Assembly: GCA_902530455.1 (NCBI GenBank)
Contig: CACAAD010000001.1
Location: 11,386-75,385 of the forward strand
Direction of reading: 5' to 3'
DNA: 64,000 nucleotides
DNA from: an uncultured Pelagibacteraceae bacterium
Lineage (GTDB): Bacteria > Pseudomonadota > Alphaproteobacteria > Pelagibacterales > Pelagibacteraceae
In this document: piece after piece, positions 19,130-27,518 of the stretch
How the letters are laid out: every line of letters starts with the position of its first letter
Position numbering within the stretch: the first letter of the stretch is position 1
Notes under the pieces: model-generated
Told to the model about the DNA's origin: nothing
The model's input: only the letters and a program-made list of their open reading frames with translations
Databases searched by the model: none
Program-made: the position numbers and the translations under genes

Positions 19130-20029
19130 ATGTCTATAAAATTAGGTATAGCACCCATAGCTTGGAGTAATGATGATATGCCTGAATTGGGTGGTGATAC
19201 TACATTAGAACAATGCTTATCTGAAGCAAGTAAAGCTGGGTTTACCGGAATAGAGTCAGGTGGAAAGTTTCCTAAAAATTCAAAAGAATTAATACCAAAA
19301 CTAAAAAAAGAAAATCTACAGCTTTGTTCTGGTTGGTACGGTGCATCACTTTTAAAGAATACTCCAAAAGAAGAATTCAAATTAATGCGTGAACAAATGG
19401 ATTTATTTAAAGATTGCAAATCTCCATGCATGGTATTTGCAGAAGTAACAAATTCAGTTCAAAGCGATCCGAAGACACCGCTATCAAAGAAACCAAAACT
19501 TTCTGAAGAAGAATGGAAATTATTAATTTCTAGAATTAATGAAATTAGTAAAATGATGATAGATGAAAATATGCCTCTTGCTTATCATCACCACATGGGA
19601 ACAGTTATTGAAACTGAAGCAGAGACAAGAAGATTAATTGAAAGTACCAATGATAGCGTGAAATTATTAATTGATACTGGTCACATGTTATTTGCTGGAG
19701 GAAACTCTATTAAAATAACAGAGGATTTTATTGAGAGAATAATCCATATTCATTGCAAAGATATTCGTAAAAATATTTTAGATAAATCATTAAAAAATGA
19801 TAGCACCTTTCGACAAGCTTTTCTTGATGGGGCTTTTACTGTCCCGGGAGACGGATGTATTGATTATAAACCTTTCTTAACTCTCTTAAAAAGTAAAGAT
19901 TATAGTGGTTGGCTAGTAGTTGAAGCTGAACAAGATCCCGCAAAAGCAAATCCATTTAAATACGCCAAAATTGGTTATAACTATTTAAGCAAAACTGCTA
20001 AAGAATGTGGATTGAATATAATAAGTTAA
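19130..20029 (+). CDS. iolE: Myo-inosose-2 dehydratase
   Basis: IAPIAWSNDDMPELGG, YHHHMGT, DTGH, HCKD and VEAEQDP motifs. Confidence 0.95.
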   Translation: MSIKLGIAPIAWSNDDMPELGGDTTLEQCLSEASKAGFTGIESGGKFPKNSKELIPKLKKENLQLCSGWYGASLLKNTPKEEFKLMREQMDLFKDCKSPCMVFAEVTNSVQSDPKTPLSKKPKLSEEEWKLLISRINEISKMMIDENMPLAYHHHMGTVIETEAETRRLIESTNDSVKLLIDTGHMLFAGGNSIKITEDFIERIIHIHCKDIRKNILDKSLKNDSTFRQAFLDGAFTVPGDGCIDYKPFLTLLKSKDYSGWLVVEAEQDPAKANPFKYAKIGYNYLSKTAKECGLNIIS

Positions 20030-20535
20030 CGATAAGCTGACACAAGCTCGTTATTACCTGCAGCTACGCAAGGTGATTTAATACATGTTCCAATCACCCA
20101 CTCAGATCCAACTTCAGACTGAAAATTACTTTCTGAGACAAAGATAATACCTTTATCTGTCGACTGACCAGCCTTCCCTTCTGCTTGAATTCTAGGATCT
20201 TGTGATGTTTGTATTAAGGGTTTGTCAATATTGTAAGGATTATTAAGTTTTATATTATTTAAAATATGTTCAACAATTTTTGAAGAGATCCAAGCTGAAT
20301 TACAATTGTCACCCCATGAAGTAGTACCTTTTTCATTTGAACTACATTTATTAATTTGATTGTTAATAAACTCCACAACTAATTTATGGTTTGCTTTTAT
20401 ATCATTAGCCTTTTGTACAACTGCCGATCTTGTAGAAGCAGTCCAGATTAACATAATTACAACATAAGCTAGTGAACTTAAAACTAAAGCTTCAAGTGAA
20501 CCAAAATTTTTTAGTTTTTTTCTAAATTCGATCAT
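20026..20535 (-). CDS. Hypothetical pilin-like membrane-anchored protein
   Basis: Basic N-terminus, F-G-S-L-E followed by a hydrophobic helix, NNPY, Cys pairs. Confidence 0.5.
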   Translation of the reverse strand: MIEFRKKLKNFGSLEALVLSSLAYVVIMLIWTASTRSAVVQKANDIKANHKLVVEFINNQINKCSSNEKGTTSWGDNCNSAWISSKIVEHILNNIKLNNPYNIDKPLIQTSQDPRIQAEGKAGQSTDKGIIFVSESNFQSEVGSEWVIGTCIKSPCVAAGNNELVSAYR

Positions 20536-21488
20536 ATTTTAACTATCATCGATTTATCTATTTTATTTTCAAAAAAATCAATAATATTTTTTGTTGTCTC
20601 TATGCTCATTCTAGACAAACATTCATCAGTGTTTGTTGCTATGTGAGGACTTAATATAACTCGATCATTTTTTAATAATGGATTATCTTTTTGGATTGGT
20701 TCATTTTCAAAAACATCTAAACCAGCCCCAAATATTATATTTTCATTTAATGCTTTATGTAGATCCAATTCATTAATTATCCCCCCTCGAGCAGTATTTA
20801 TTATAATAGAATTTTTTTTCATTTTTTTTAAATTTTGGAAATTTATTAAATTTTTAGTTTTAGAATTTAATGGCATATGTACAGATAAAAAATCACATTC
20901 TCTTAGTGAGTCATCCAGTGAGTCAACTTTAGTACAATTATGTAAATTTATTGTATCCTTACTCACAAATGGATCATAGACTTTAATTATCATATTGAAG
21001 CCTGAACACATTTTTGCTAAAGACTTTCCTATTCTACCAAAACCGGCGATTAATATTGTTTTATTTAAAAGCTCTATTGTTTTGATTTTATTGGAATTTT
21101 TTTTGAAATTACCATCTCTTACCTCCTTATTATATAAGGATAAAGATTTACAAATAGTTAAGATCATCGAAATAACATGTTCTGCTACAGCAGATGCATT
21201 TGCTGTTGCTGTTATTAGAAGAGCAATGTTGTTTTTTTTAATATATCCCAGGTCGACATTATCATAACCAACTCCATGTCTTGAAATTACTTTTAGATTT
21301 TCACATTTGCTTAAAATATTTGAGTTTAGTTTACTTACTCTTAATGTGCAGGCATCAAAATTTGGTAATTTGTTAATTAGATTTTTTTCTGAGGTATCAT
21401 CGATAATTTCATGTTCATATCCAGGGGTATTTTTGAGCAAATCTAAACCATCACTGTGAATGTTTTCAATTATTGCTACTTTTTTCAT
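20532..21488 (-). CDS. D-isomer-specific 2-hydroxyacid dehydrogenase (SerA-like, no ACT domain)
   Basis: RHGVGYDNVD, GFGRIG, NTARGG, LDVFENEP and SPHIA motifs; real start ATG at 21488 (the ORF-track extension reads through a tRNA fragment). Confidence 0.88.
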   Translation of the reverse strand: MKKVAIIENIHSDGLDLLKNTPGYEHEIIDDTSEKNLINKLPNFDACTLRVSKLNSNILSKCENLKVISRHGVGYDNVDLGYIKKNNIALLITATANASAVAEHVISMILTICKSLSLYNKEVRDGNFKKNSNKIKTIELLNKTILIAGFGRIGKSLAKMCSGFNMIIKVYDPFVSKDTINLHNCTKVDSLDDSLRECDFLSVHMPLNSKTKNLINFQNLKKMKKNSIIINTARGGIINELDLHKALNENIIFGAGLDVFENEPIQKDNPLLKNDRVILSPHIATNTDECLSRMSIETTKNIIDFFENKIDKSMIVKI

Positions 21489-21492
21489 AATT

Positions 21493-21519
21493 TGGCGGTC
21501 CCAAGAGGAATCGAACCCC
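21493..21519 (-). repeat. Displaced 3' fragment of tRNA-Glu (att direct repeat)
   Basis: TGGCGGTCCCAAGaGGAATCGAACCCC matches 22928-22954 at 26/27 nt. Confidence 0.92.
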
Positions 21520-21599
21520 ATTTGGTAGATCTTGACCCTTGGTCTTTTCCACTTGTTAAACAACAATACTAAATCATTTCATTAATAACAATAAGAGTT

Positions 21600-21621
21600 T
21601 GATCACGAATTGATCATAATT
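21600..21621 (+). repeat. Two tandem 11-bp repeats (candidate integrase arm-type sites)
   Basis: TGATCACGAAT TGATCATAATT. Confidence 0.55.
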
Positions 21622-21682
21622 GAAATAATTTTAACAAAATTTAATCATTTTTATAACATTAATTTATTAGAAGCTTATCTAA

Positions 21683-22270
21683 ATGAGATTTTTTATTATT
21701 GCTTTACTTTTTATATTTACATTTAACAAAGCTTTAGCAGATGAAACCAACTTTACTTGCAAACCAATTTATGCCGCTGTTCAAACTGTCAATGGTACTT
21801 TTTATGAAGAATCATTAGAAAATATGGATGAAGAGGCAGCTTTATTATCTGTTGTACCAGAGTCAAAATTTTCTATAAGAAAAAATGGAATTTTTTACAA
21901 AAATAATGACAATAGAAAATACGAATTTTTAAAAACTTATAAAGAAATTATCTCAGATTATGAATTATCTCCAAAAATTATAAACACTGTTAGAGAGATT
22001 AATGATATTTCAAAGGAGTTAGATAAAAAACTTGGTGTAGAGAATTTTAAAGCTTTTTATCTGCCATATTCTAATTATTCCCAAGAAGGAGAGCTTTTAA
22101 GTTCGTCATTAAAGAGGATAAGTATAGACACCAAAAATTATTTCACCTCTGAAATTACAATACCAAACCAACCGATGGAAGGTGTAAACATGTACTATTT
22201 TCTTCGAGAGTGTGATGTAAAAGGTATAGAAGTTGACTTTGAACCAGTTTTTAATAAAGCCTTATCCTAA
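21683..22270 (+). CDS. Hypothetical exported protein (island cargo)
   Basis: Sec signal MRFFIIALLFIFTFNKALA; acidic mature region with one Cys near each end. Confidence 0.75.
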   Translation: MRFFIIALLFIFTFNKALADETNFTCKPIYAAVQTVNGTFYEESLENMDEEAALLSVVPESKFSIRKNGIFYKNNDNRKYEFLKTYKEIISDYELSPKIINTVREINDISKELDKKLGVENFKAFYLPYSNYSQEGELLSSSLKRISIDTKNYFTSEITIPNQPMEGVNMYYFLRECDVKGIEVDFEPVFNKALS

Positions 22271-22837
22271 TTATTTAAATCCCCTTATTAACCACAATAT
22301 TGTTTTTTTTGAAATTAACCATGTAGGAATAACAAAGAGTGGTAATAATAATAACCATACAAAAATTAAAATAAATTCAAATAACATAATTGATTTACTT
22401 ATATATCTTTCACAGTTTTCTTTTTTATTAAAAATAATAAATTTAAAAAAACTTCCACCAACATAAGTTCCGTTTACCGATGATCCAAAATATGTATCGT
22501 TTTTGTCTAATACTTTAATACCATCTTCAACAGCGGTAATGATTAAATATTTATTTGGTCCTATGTAGACTTTTTTATTAGAATAAATATTTGTGTAGGA
22601 AAGGTCTGGAAAAAGGCTAGAAGTTGCACAGCTCATTTTTTGTGATAATCTTTTTTTTAAATAATTAAATTGATTTATTTCTCCACTAAATAACAAAATC
22701 AGTACAGAAAAATAAAAAAGTCCTGTGCCTAAAATCCAAAAACGAAAGAGACCTCTATCTAATCGATTTATTTCAAAGAATAATGCTAGTTTTTTGATTT
22801 TCAAGTGAAAGCTTTTTTTCATAAATAAATCTAACAA
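22271..22837 (-). CDS. Hypothetical two-TM membrane protein (island cargo)
   Basis: N- and C-terminal hydrophobic helices flank a loop with two Cys; start may be the ATG at 22822. Confidence 0.65.
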   Translation of the reverse strand: MLDLFMKKSFHLKIKKLALFFEINRLDRGLFRFWILGTGLFYFSVLILLFSGEINQFNYLKKRLSQKMSCATSSLFPDLSYTNIYSNKKVYIGPNKYLIITAVEDGIKVLDKNDTYFGSSVNGTYVGGSFFKFIIFNKKENCERYISKSIMLFEFILIFVWLLLLPLFVIPTWLISKKTILWLIRGFK

Positions 22838-22842
22838 AAAAA

Positions 22843-22875
22843 AGATCTCAAAACGATCGCAATCTGATCACACTG
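22843..22875 (+). repeat. Three tandem 11-bp repeats (candidate integrase arm-type sites)
   Basis: AGATCTCAAAA CGATCGCAATC TGATCACACTG; GATC at 22844, 22855 and 22866. Confidence 0.55.
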
Positions 22876-22927
22876 AACGTAAATTTTAAAAAAAAAAGTG
22901 ATTATTAACTCTTATATTAGAAGCTTT

Positions 22928-23002
22928 TGGCGGTCCCAAGGGGAATCGAACCCCTCTTTCATGGATGAAAACCATGTGTCCTAACCGATAGACGATGGGA
23001 CC
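22928..23002 (-). tRNA. tRNA-Glu (TTC)
   Basis: GGTCCCATCGTCTATCGGTTAGGACACATGGTTTTCATCCATGAAAGAGGGGTTCGATTCCCCTTGGGACCGCCA; cloverleaf with encoded CCA. Confidence 0.96.
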
Positions 23003-24765
23003 TTATTTTTGTGAGTCTTATTAACAGAAATATCATCGATAATAAACTCTACATTTTTTTCACCCTTCCATTCATTCAAACTCAGTTTTCCTACGATGTT
23101 AAAGGTATTTTTCTTATTATTAAGCAAAAATTGGCCAAGATCGGTATCATAAGAATTAAAGGCGATAGTTGTGATTGTTGAACCATCTTTTGATAATAGA
23201 ATCGACTTAATATGATTTTTACCGATAATTAGTGATTTTAAAACTTTAACATTTTCTATAATAAATTTTGGCTCAGGATTTCCAGATCCAAAAGGTGATA
23301 ATTTTTCAACTCTACTATAAAAATCCAAATTAAGTGCTGAAGCAGAGATTAAACTATCCAAATAAATTTCATTTTTTCCTGAATTTTTGTCAATTTTTTT
23401 GTTAAACATTTTTATTATAAATTCTTTAAGTTCTTGAATTTTATTTTCCTCAATTGAAAATCCTCCTGCCATTTTATGTCCACCTCCTTTGATTAAAATT
23501 TTATTTTGTATTGCGGCCAAAATAACTGCTCCAATATCAAAACCTAAAACCGATCTAGCAGATCCCTTACCAATATCATCTTTTAAAGAAATTATTATAG
23601 TAGGTTTATTAAACTTTTCTTTAATACGTGAGGCAATAATACCAATTACTCCTTCGTGCCAGTTATTTCCATATAGGACTAATACTGGATCATTAATATC
23701 ATCATTAACTGTATTCAAAACTAAATTAAGAAGATCTCTTTCAAGGTTTTTTCTATCTAAATTAAATTGTTCTAGTTCAGTAGCTATTTGAAAACTTTCT
23801 TTTGGATTATTGTTAAGCAACAAATTCGCACCATGAGAACATTTACCAACTCTACCGCCAGCATTTATCCTGGGTCCAATTATATAACCTAAATGGTAAG
23901 TTGAAGCTTTTGTTTCAATTTTACACAAATCAATCAGTGTTTTTAATCCTAAATTTTTTTTAGAATTAATTACTTTAAGACCTTGTTTTACAATAGCCCT
24001 ATTCAACCCAATTAAAGGGACTACATCGCAAACGGTACCTAAGGAAACTAAGTCTAAAAATTCAAGTAAATTTGGTTCTTTAATTTTTTTTTCTAAAAAC
24101 CACCCTTGTTTTCTTAAAGCAGAATTTATTGAAATTAAAGTCATAAAACATACTCCAGCAGCACATAAATAATTCAGTTTTGAATCGTCATCAAATCTAT
24201 TGGGATTAATTATAGAATGTGCTTTGGGTAAATTTATTTCAGACTGATGGTGATCTAGCACAATAACATCGACTTTGTTTTTATTTGCAAAATCTATTGC
24301 ATCAAAAGACATGGTTCCGCAATCGACGGTAATTATAAGATCTACTTTTTTTTCAATTAAATTTTGAAAACTTTTAATTGATGGACCATATCCTTCTAAC
24401 CTCCTATCTGGAATATATATTTCAAAATCTTGATTTATTATTTTAAAATAATTTCCAATTATAGCCGTAGAACTTGCTCCATCTACATCATAATCACCAA
24501 ATATTCCAATCTTCTCATTTTTAGTAATTGCCTTCAATAACCTAAGTGTCGTTTTTTCCATATCTTTTAAATTGTTAGGGTTTGGTATGAGATTTTTTAT
24601 TGATGGTTTTAAAAAAGTTTCAATAGAGTCTTTTTTTATGTTTCTTATTGATAGAAGTTTTGCTGTAATTTCATCTAAAAAAAAATTTTCCTTTAAATAT
24701 TCAACATAAGATGAGTCGAATATTTTATATTTCCAATTTTTTCCTGATAGTGATAATTCACTCAT
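22981..24765 (-). CDS. recJ: Single-stranded-DNA-specific exonuclease RecJ
   Basis: GDYDVDG, VDCG, LDHH, GPRINAGGR and GGGHKMAGG motifs; likely start ATG at 24765. Confidence 0.95.
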   Translation of the reverse strand: MSELSLSGKNWKYKIFDSSYVEYLKENFFLDEITAKLLSIRNIKKDSIETFLKPSIKNLIPNPNNLKDMEKTTLRLLKAITKNEKIGIFGDYDVDGASSTAIIGNYFKIINQDFEIYIPDRRLEGYGPSIKSFQNLIEKKVDLIITVDCGTMSFDAIDFANKNKVDVIVLDHHQSEINLPKAHSIINPNRFDDDSKLNYLCAAGVCFMTLISINSALRKQGWFLEKKIKEPNLLEFLDLVSLGTVCDVVPLIGLNRAIVKQGLKVINSKKNLGLKTLIDLCKIETKASTYHLGYIIGPRINAGGRVGKCSHGANLLLNNNPKESFQIATELEQFNLDRKNLERDLLNLVLNTVNDDINDPVLVLYGNNWHEGVIGIIASRIKEKFNKPTIIISLKDDIGKGSARSVLGFDIGAVILAAIQNKILIKGGGHKMAGGFSIEENKIQELKEFIIKMFNKKIDKNSGKNEIYLDSLISASALNLDFYSRVEKLSPFGSGNPEPKFIIENVKVLKSLIIGKNHIKSILLSKDGSTITTIAFNSYDTDLGQFLLNNKKNTFNIVGKLSLNEWKGEKNVEFIIDDISVNKTHKNKVPSSIG

Positions 24766-25705
24766 ATTTTGAATAAAAATTTTTAACTTTTTTAAGGATT
24801 TTAAAATCTCTATGTAAGGCAAATGTAGATACTTCATATTTATCGCCCAAATCTTTAATTCCTTCTACAATATCACCTCTAGTAATAGCTGAAGCACAAA
24901 ATATAACGTCCCCTTTTATCATTTCATCTATATTATATTTTTTTTTCTCATCTCTAATGCCTAATTTTTTCGCTCTTTGAAGTTGTTTATCATCCAAAAC
25001 TAGTCTTGTTTGTATTTGACCACCCATACAAGATAGTGCAGCTGCCGCTAAAACTCCTTCAGGACCTCCACCAGTACCCAGATAAATATCAATGTTTGTG
25101 TTAGGATCAGCAACAGATATTGCGCCTAATACGTCGCCATCAGTTATAAATTTTATATTTATATTTAATTTTTCTAAGCTTTTAATAATTTTATCATGCC
25201 TAGGTCTCTTTAAGATGCAGGCTGTGATTTTATCGTAGTTTTTTTTTTTTGCTTCAGATAAAAGTTTAATATTTTTTTCTACGCTATTGTCTAAATCTAA
25301 TAGATCTTTAGGCAGATTTGGACCAACTGCTATCTTTTCCATATAAGTGTCCGGAGCTGAGAATAAATTTCCTTTTTCGCAGACTGCTAACATTGAAAAT
25401 GCATTAGGTAAATTATTAGCAACAAAATTAGTTCCTTCAAGAGGATCTAAAGCAATATCAAGTTCTAAGCCAATTTTTGTACCAACTTTTTCTCCGATAT
25501 AAAGCATTGGTGCTTCATCCATTTCACCTTCACCAATAACTACCTCGCCTTTCATATTTATTCTATTAAGTTCATTTCTCATCATGTCAACAGAGCCCTT
25601 ATCGGCTGCATTTTTATCTCCTTTACCTATAAATGGAAATGCACCTATCGCAGCTTTTTCGGTAGTTCTTATAAATTTATTTAAATAATTTTTATCTATG
25701 GACAT
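24758..25705 (-). CDS. glpX: Class II fructose-1,6-bisphosphatase
   Basis: VIGEGEMDEAPMLYIGE, DPLEGT and GGGPEGVLAAAAL motifs. Confidence 0.95.
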   Translation of the reverse strand: MSIDKNYLNKFIRTTEKAAIGAFPFIGKGDKNAADKGSVDMMRNELNRINMKGEVVIGEGEMDEAPMLYIGEKVGTKIGLELDIALDPLEGTNFVANNLPNAFSMLAVCEKGNLFSAPDTYMEKIAVGPNLPKDLLDLDNSVEKNIKLLSEAKKKNYDKITACILKRPRHDKIIKSLEKLNINIKFITDGDVLGAISVADPNTNIDIYLGTGGGPEGVLAAAALSCMGGQIQTRLVLDDKQLQRAKKLGIRDEKKKYNIDEMIKGDVIFCASAITRGDIVEGIKDLGDKYEVSTFALHRDFKILKKVKNFYSKYE

Positions 25706-27000
25706 CAGCCATTTTCAATTCTTAATAATTTTGGTTTTTGAATTATATAAGACTTTTTGGCTAAAGTTTTCAATGTTTTTTGAATATCATTATCTTTTGA
25801 TCTGTGAGTAATTATGACTATTGAAGATTTTTTTTTATTTTTATATGGATTTTGTAAAACCCTTTTTATTGACACTTTATTGTTAGAAAATATTTTAGTC
25901 ACATCTGATAATACGCCATATTTATCTTTTACGTTTAGTCTAATGTAAGATGAAAAAAACAAATCTTGTATTTTACCACTAGAATAATTTTTCCTTCTTT
26001 TGTTAGATATAGCGAATGGAAATTTTATATTACCTCTTAATATCGATGAAATATCAGACACTAAAGCTGATGTTGTTGCTGAAGGTCCAGCACCTTCTCC
26101 TTGTATAATATTTTTACCTATGGGATTGCCCTCAACAATCACTGCGTTTAAAACTCCATTTACGCCTGCAATATATGAAGACTTTTTAACCAAAGTAGGA
26201 TGTACTCTTTGAAAAATTTTGTTATTTAATATTTCAGAGAATCCCATAAGTTTAATTTTATAACCTAATTTATTTGCATTGGTAATATCTTCATCATCAA
26301 CATCCTTAATCCCTTCAACATGTATTTTTTTATTAATAAAAGAATTAAAACTTAAACATGACAATATTTTAACTTTTGAAGCGACGTCAGCACCATTGAT
26401 GTCAGAAGATGGATCTGACTCCGCATAACCAAGTTTTATAGCTTTATTAATTGTTTCTCTAAAAGTGGTTTTATTTATTTCCATTGAAGATAAAATATAA
26501 TTAGAAGTACCATTTAAAATTCCATAAATACGATTAATCTTGTTTGCGATAAGTCCTTCTTTAATTGATCTAATAATTGGGACTCCCCCACAAACTGATG
26601 CTTCGTATTCTAAATTTACTTTATTTTTTTCAGCAATCATTGATAATTTGTCACCATATTTTGATATTAATGCTTTGTTAGCTGTAACTACGTGCTTTTT
26701 ATTTGATAAGGCGCCAAAAACTAATTTTTTTGCTGGACCTTCTGCTCCACCTATTAATTCAACAATTATATCTACTTCTTTATTTTTTAAGATATTATTA
26801 AAATTGTTTACCCACTGGTTTTTTTTAAATTTGATATTTCGTCTTTTATGTTTATTTTTTGCTGAAACATATAGGATTTTAAAGCTTGAATTATTCTTGT
26901 TAGATATATTATCTCTGTTTTTATTTAGAAATTTAAACAAATAACATCCAATGTTTCCAAGTCCAACAATAGCAATATTATATAATTTCTTTTTTTTCAT
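25705..27000 (-). CDS. hom: Homoserine dehydrogenase
   Basis: GLGNIG, VVTANKA, YEASVCGGVP and GILNGTSNYIL motifs; C-terminal ACT domain. Confidence 0.95.
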   Translation of the reverse strand: MKKKKLYNIAIVGLGNIGCYLFKFLNKNRDNISNKNNSSFKILYVSAKNKHKRRNIKFKKNQWVNNFNNILKNKEVDIIVELIGGAEGPAKKLVFGALSNKKHVVTANKALISKYGDKLSMIAEKNKVNLEYEASVCGGVPIIRSIKEGLIANKINRIYGILNGTSNYILSSMEINKTTFRETINKAIKLGYAESDPSSDINGADVASKVKILSCLSFNSFINKKIHVEGIKDVDDEDITNANKLGYKIKLMGFSEILNNKIFQRVHPTLVKKSSYIAGVNGVLNAVIVEGNPIGKNIIQGEGAGPSATTSALVSDISSILRGNIKFPFAISNKRRKNYSSGKIQDLFFSSYIRLNVKDKYGVLSDVTKIFSNNKVSIKRVLQNPYKNKKKSSIVIITHRSKDNDIQKTLKTLAKKSYIIQKPKLLRIENG

Positions 27001-27002
27001 AA

Positions 27003-27518
27003 TTATTCTCTTAACGAAATATTAGGATAATCTTTTTCATTGCTCTTTTTAATTAAATATTTAGCTATTGAATCAATATCACATTTTTCCAGCTTTAGAC
27101 AAATATCTGAAGAAGTATCTGTAGAATTATTAAAGGATGAAGTATTAATTTTAATTTTTTTCTTCAAATTTTCCTCTTTTTTAACTATTTTCTGTTTATG
27201 TTTTAATCTTTTTTGCTTTTTATTAATTTCTATTTTTTTTTCTTTAATTTCTTCTTTTGAAAGTTTTTTAACTACTTTATTATTTTTGTTTTTAATGACT
27301 TTAATATTACGTTCATCATTTGCTAGATTTAGATCTACTAAATTGTAGCTAAGTCGCTTATCTTTAGAAATAATTTGAACCTCTAATGATAAATTTTCTT
27401 CAAAATGTTGTTCTGCTTCGGCTTTATTTACGCATTTGTGATCTCCACAAATAAGTATAGTTTGTGGTTTTGTGCAAGAAAATAATAAGACAAAAAATGC
27501 AATAAGTAAAAATCTCAT
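27003..27518 (-). CDS. Hypothetical lipoprotein
   Basis: Lipobox LFSC; ICGDHKC motif; Lys-rich linker. Confidence 0.7.
   Translation of the reverse strand: MRFLLIAFFVLLFSCTKPQTILICGDHKCVNKAEAEQHFEENLSLEVQIISKDKRLSYNLVDLNLANDERNIKVIKNKNNKVVKKLSKEEIKEKKIEINKKQKRLKHKQKIVKKEENLKKKIKINTSSFNNSTDTSSDICLKLEKCDIDSIAKYLIKKSNEKDYPNISLRE

Larger units (their letters stand above)
21493..22954. mobile_element. Miniature tRNA-Glu-integrated island without integrase
   Basis: Bounded by 27-bp tRNA 3' direct repeats; carries two convergent hypothetical genes; 11-bp-period GATC repeats lie inside both ends. Confidence 0.8.

Noticed and set aside
21489-21566. N-terminal extension of the dehydrogenase ORF in the track
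   Set aside because: It translates the tRNA fragment and island end; the family-like sequence begins at MKKVAII (21488)
25239-25250. Long poly-T/A tracts here and elsewhere as phase-variation sites
   Set aside because: Expected from Lys-rich coding sequence in a very AT-rich genome; reading frames are intact
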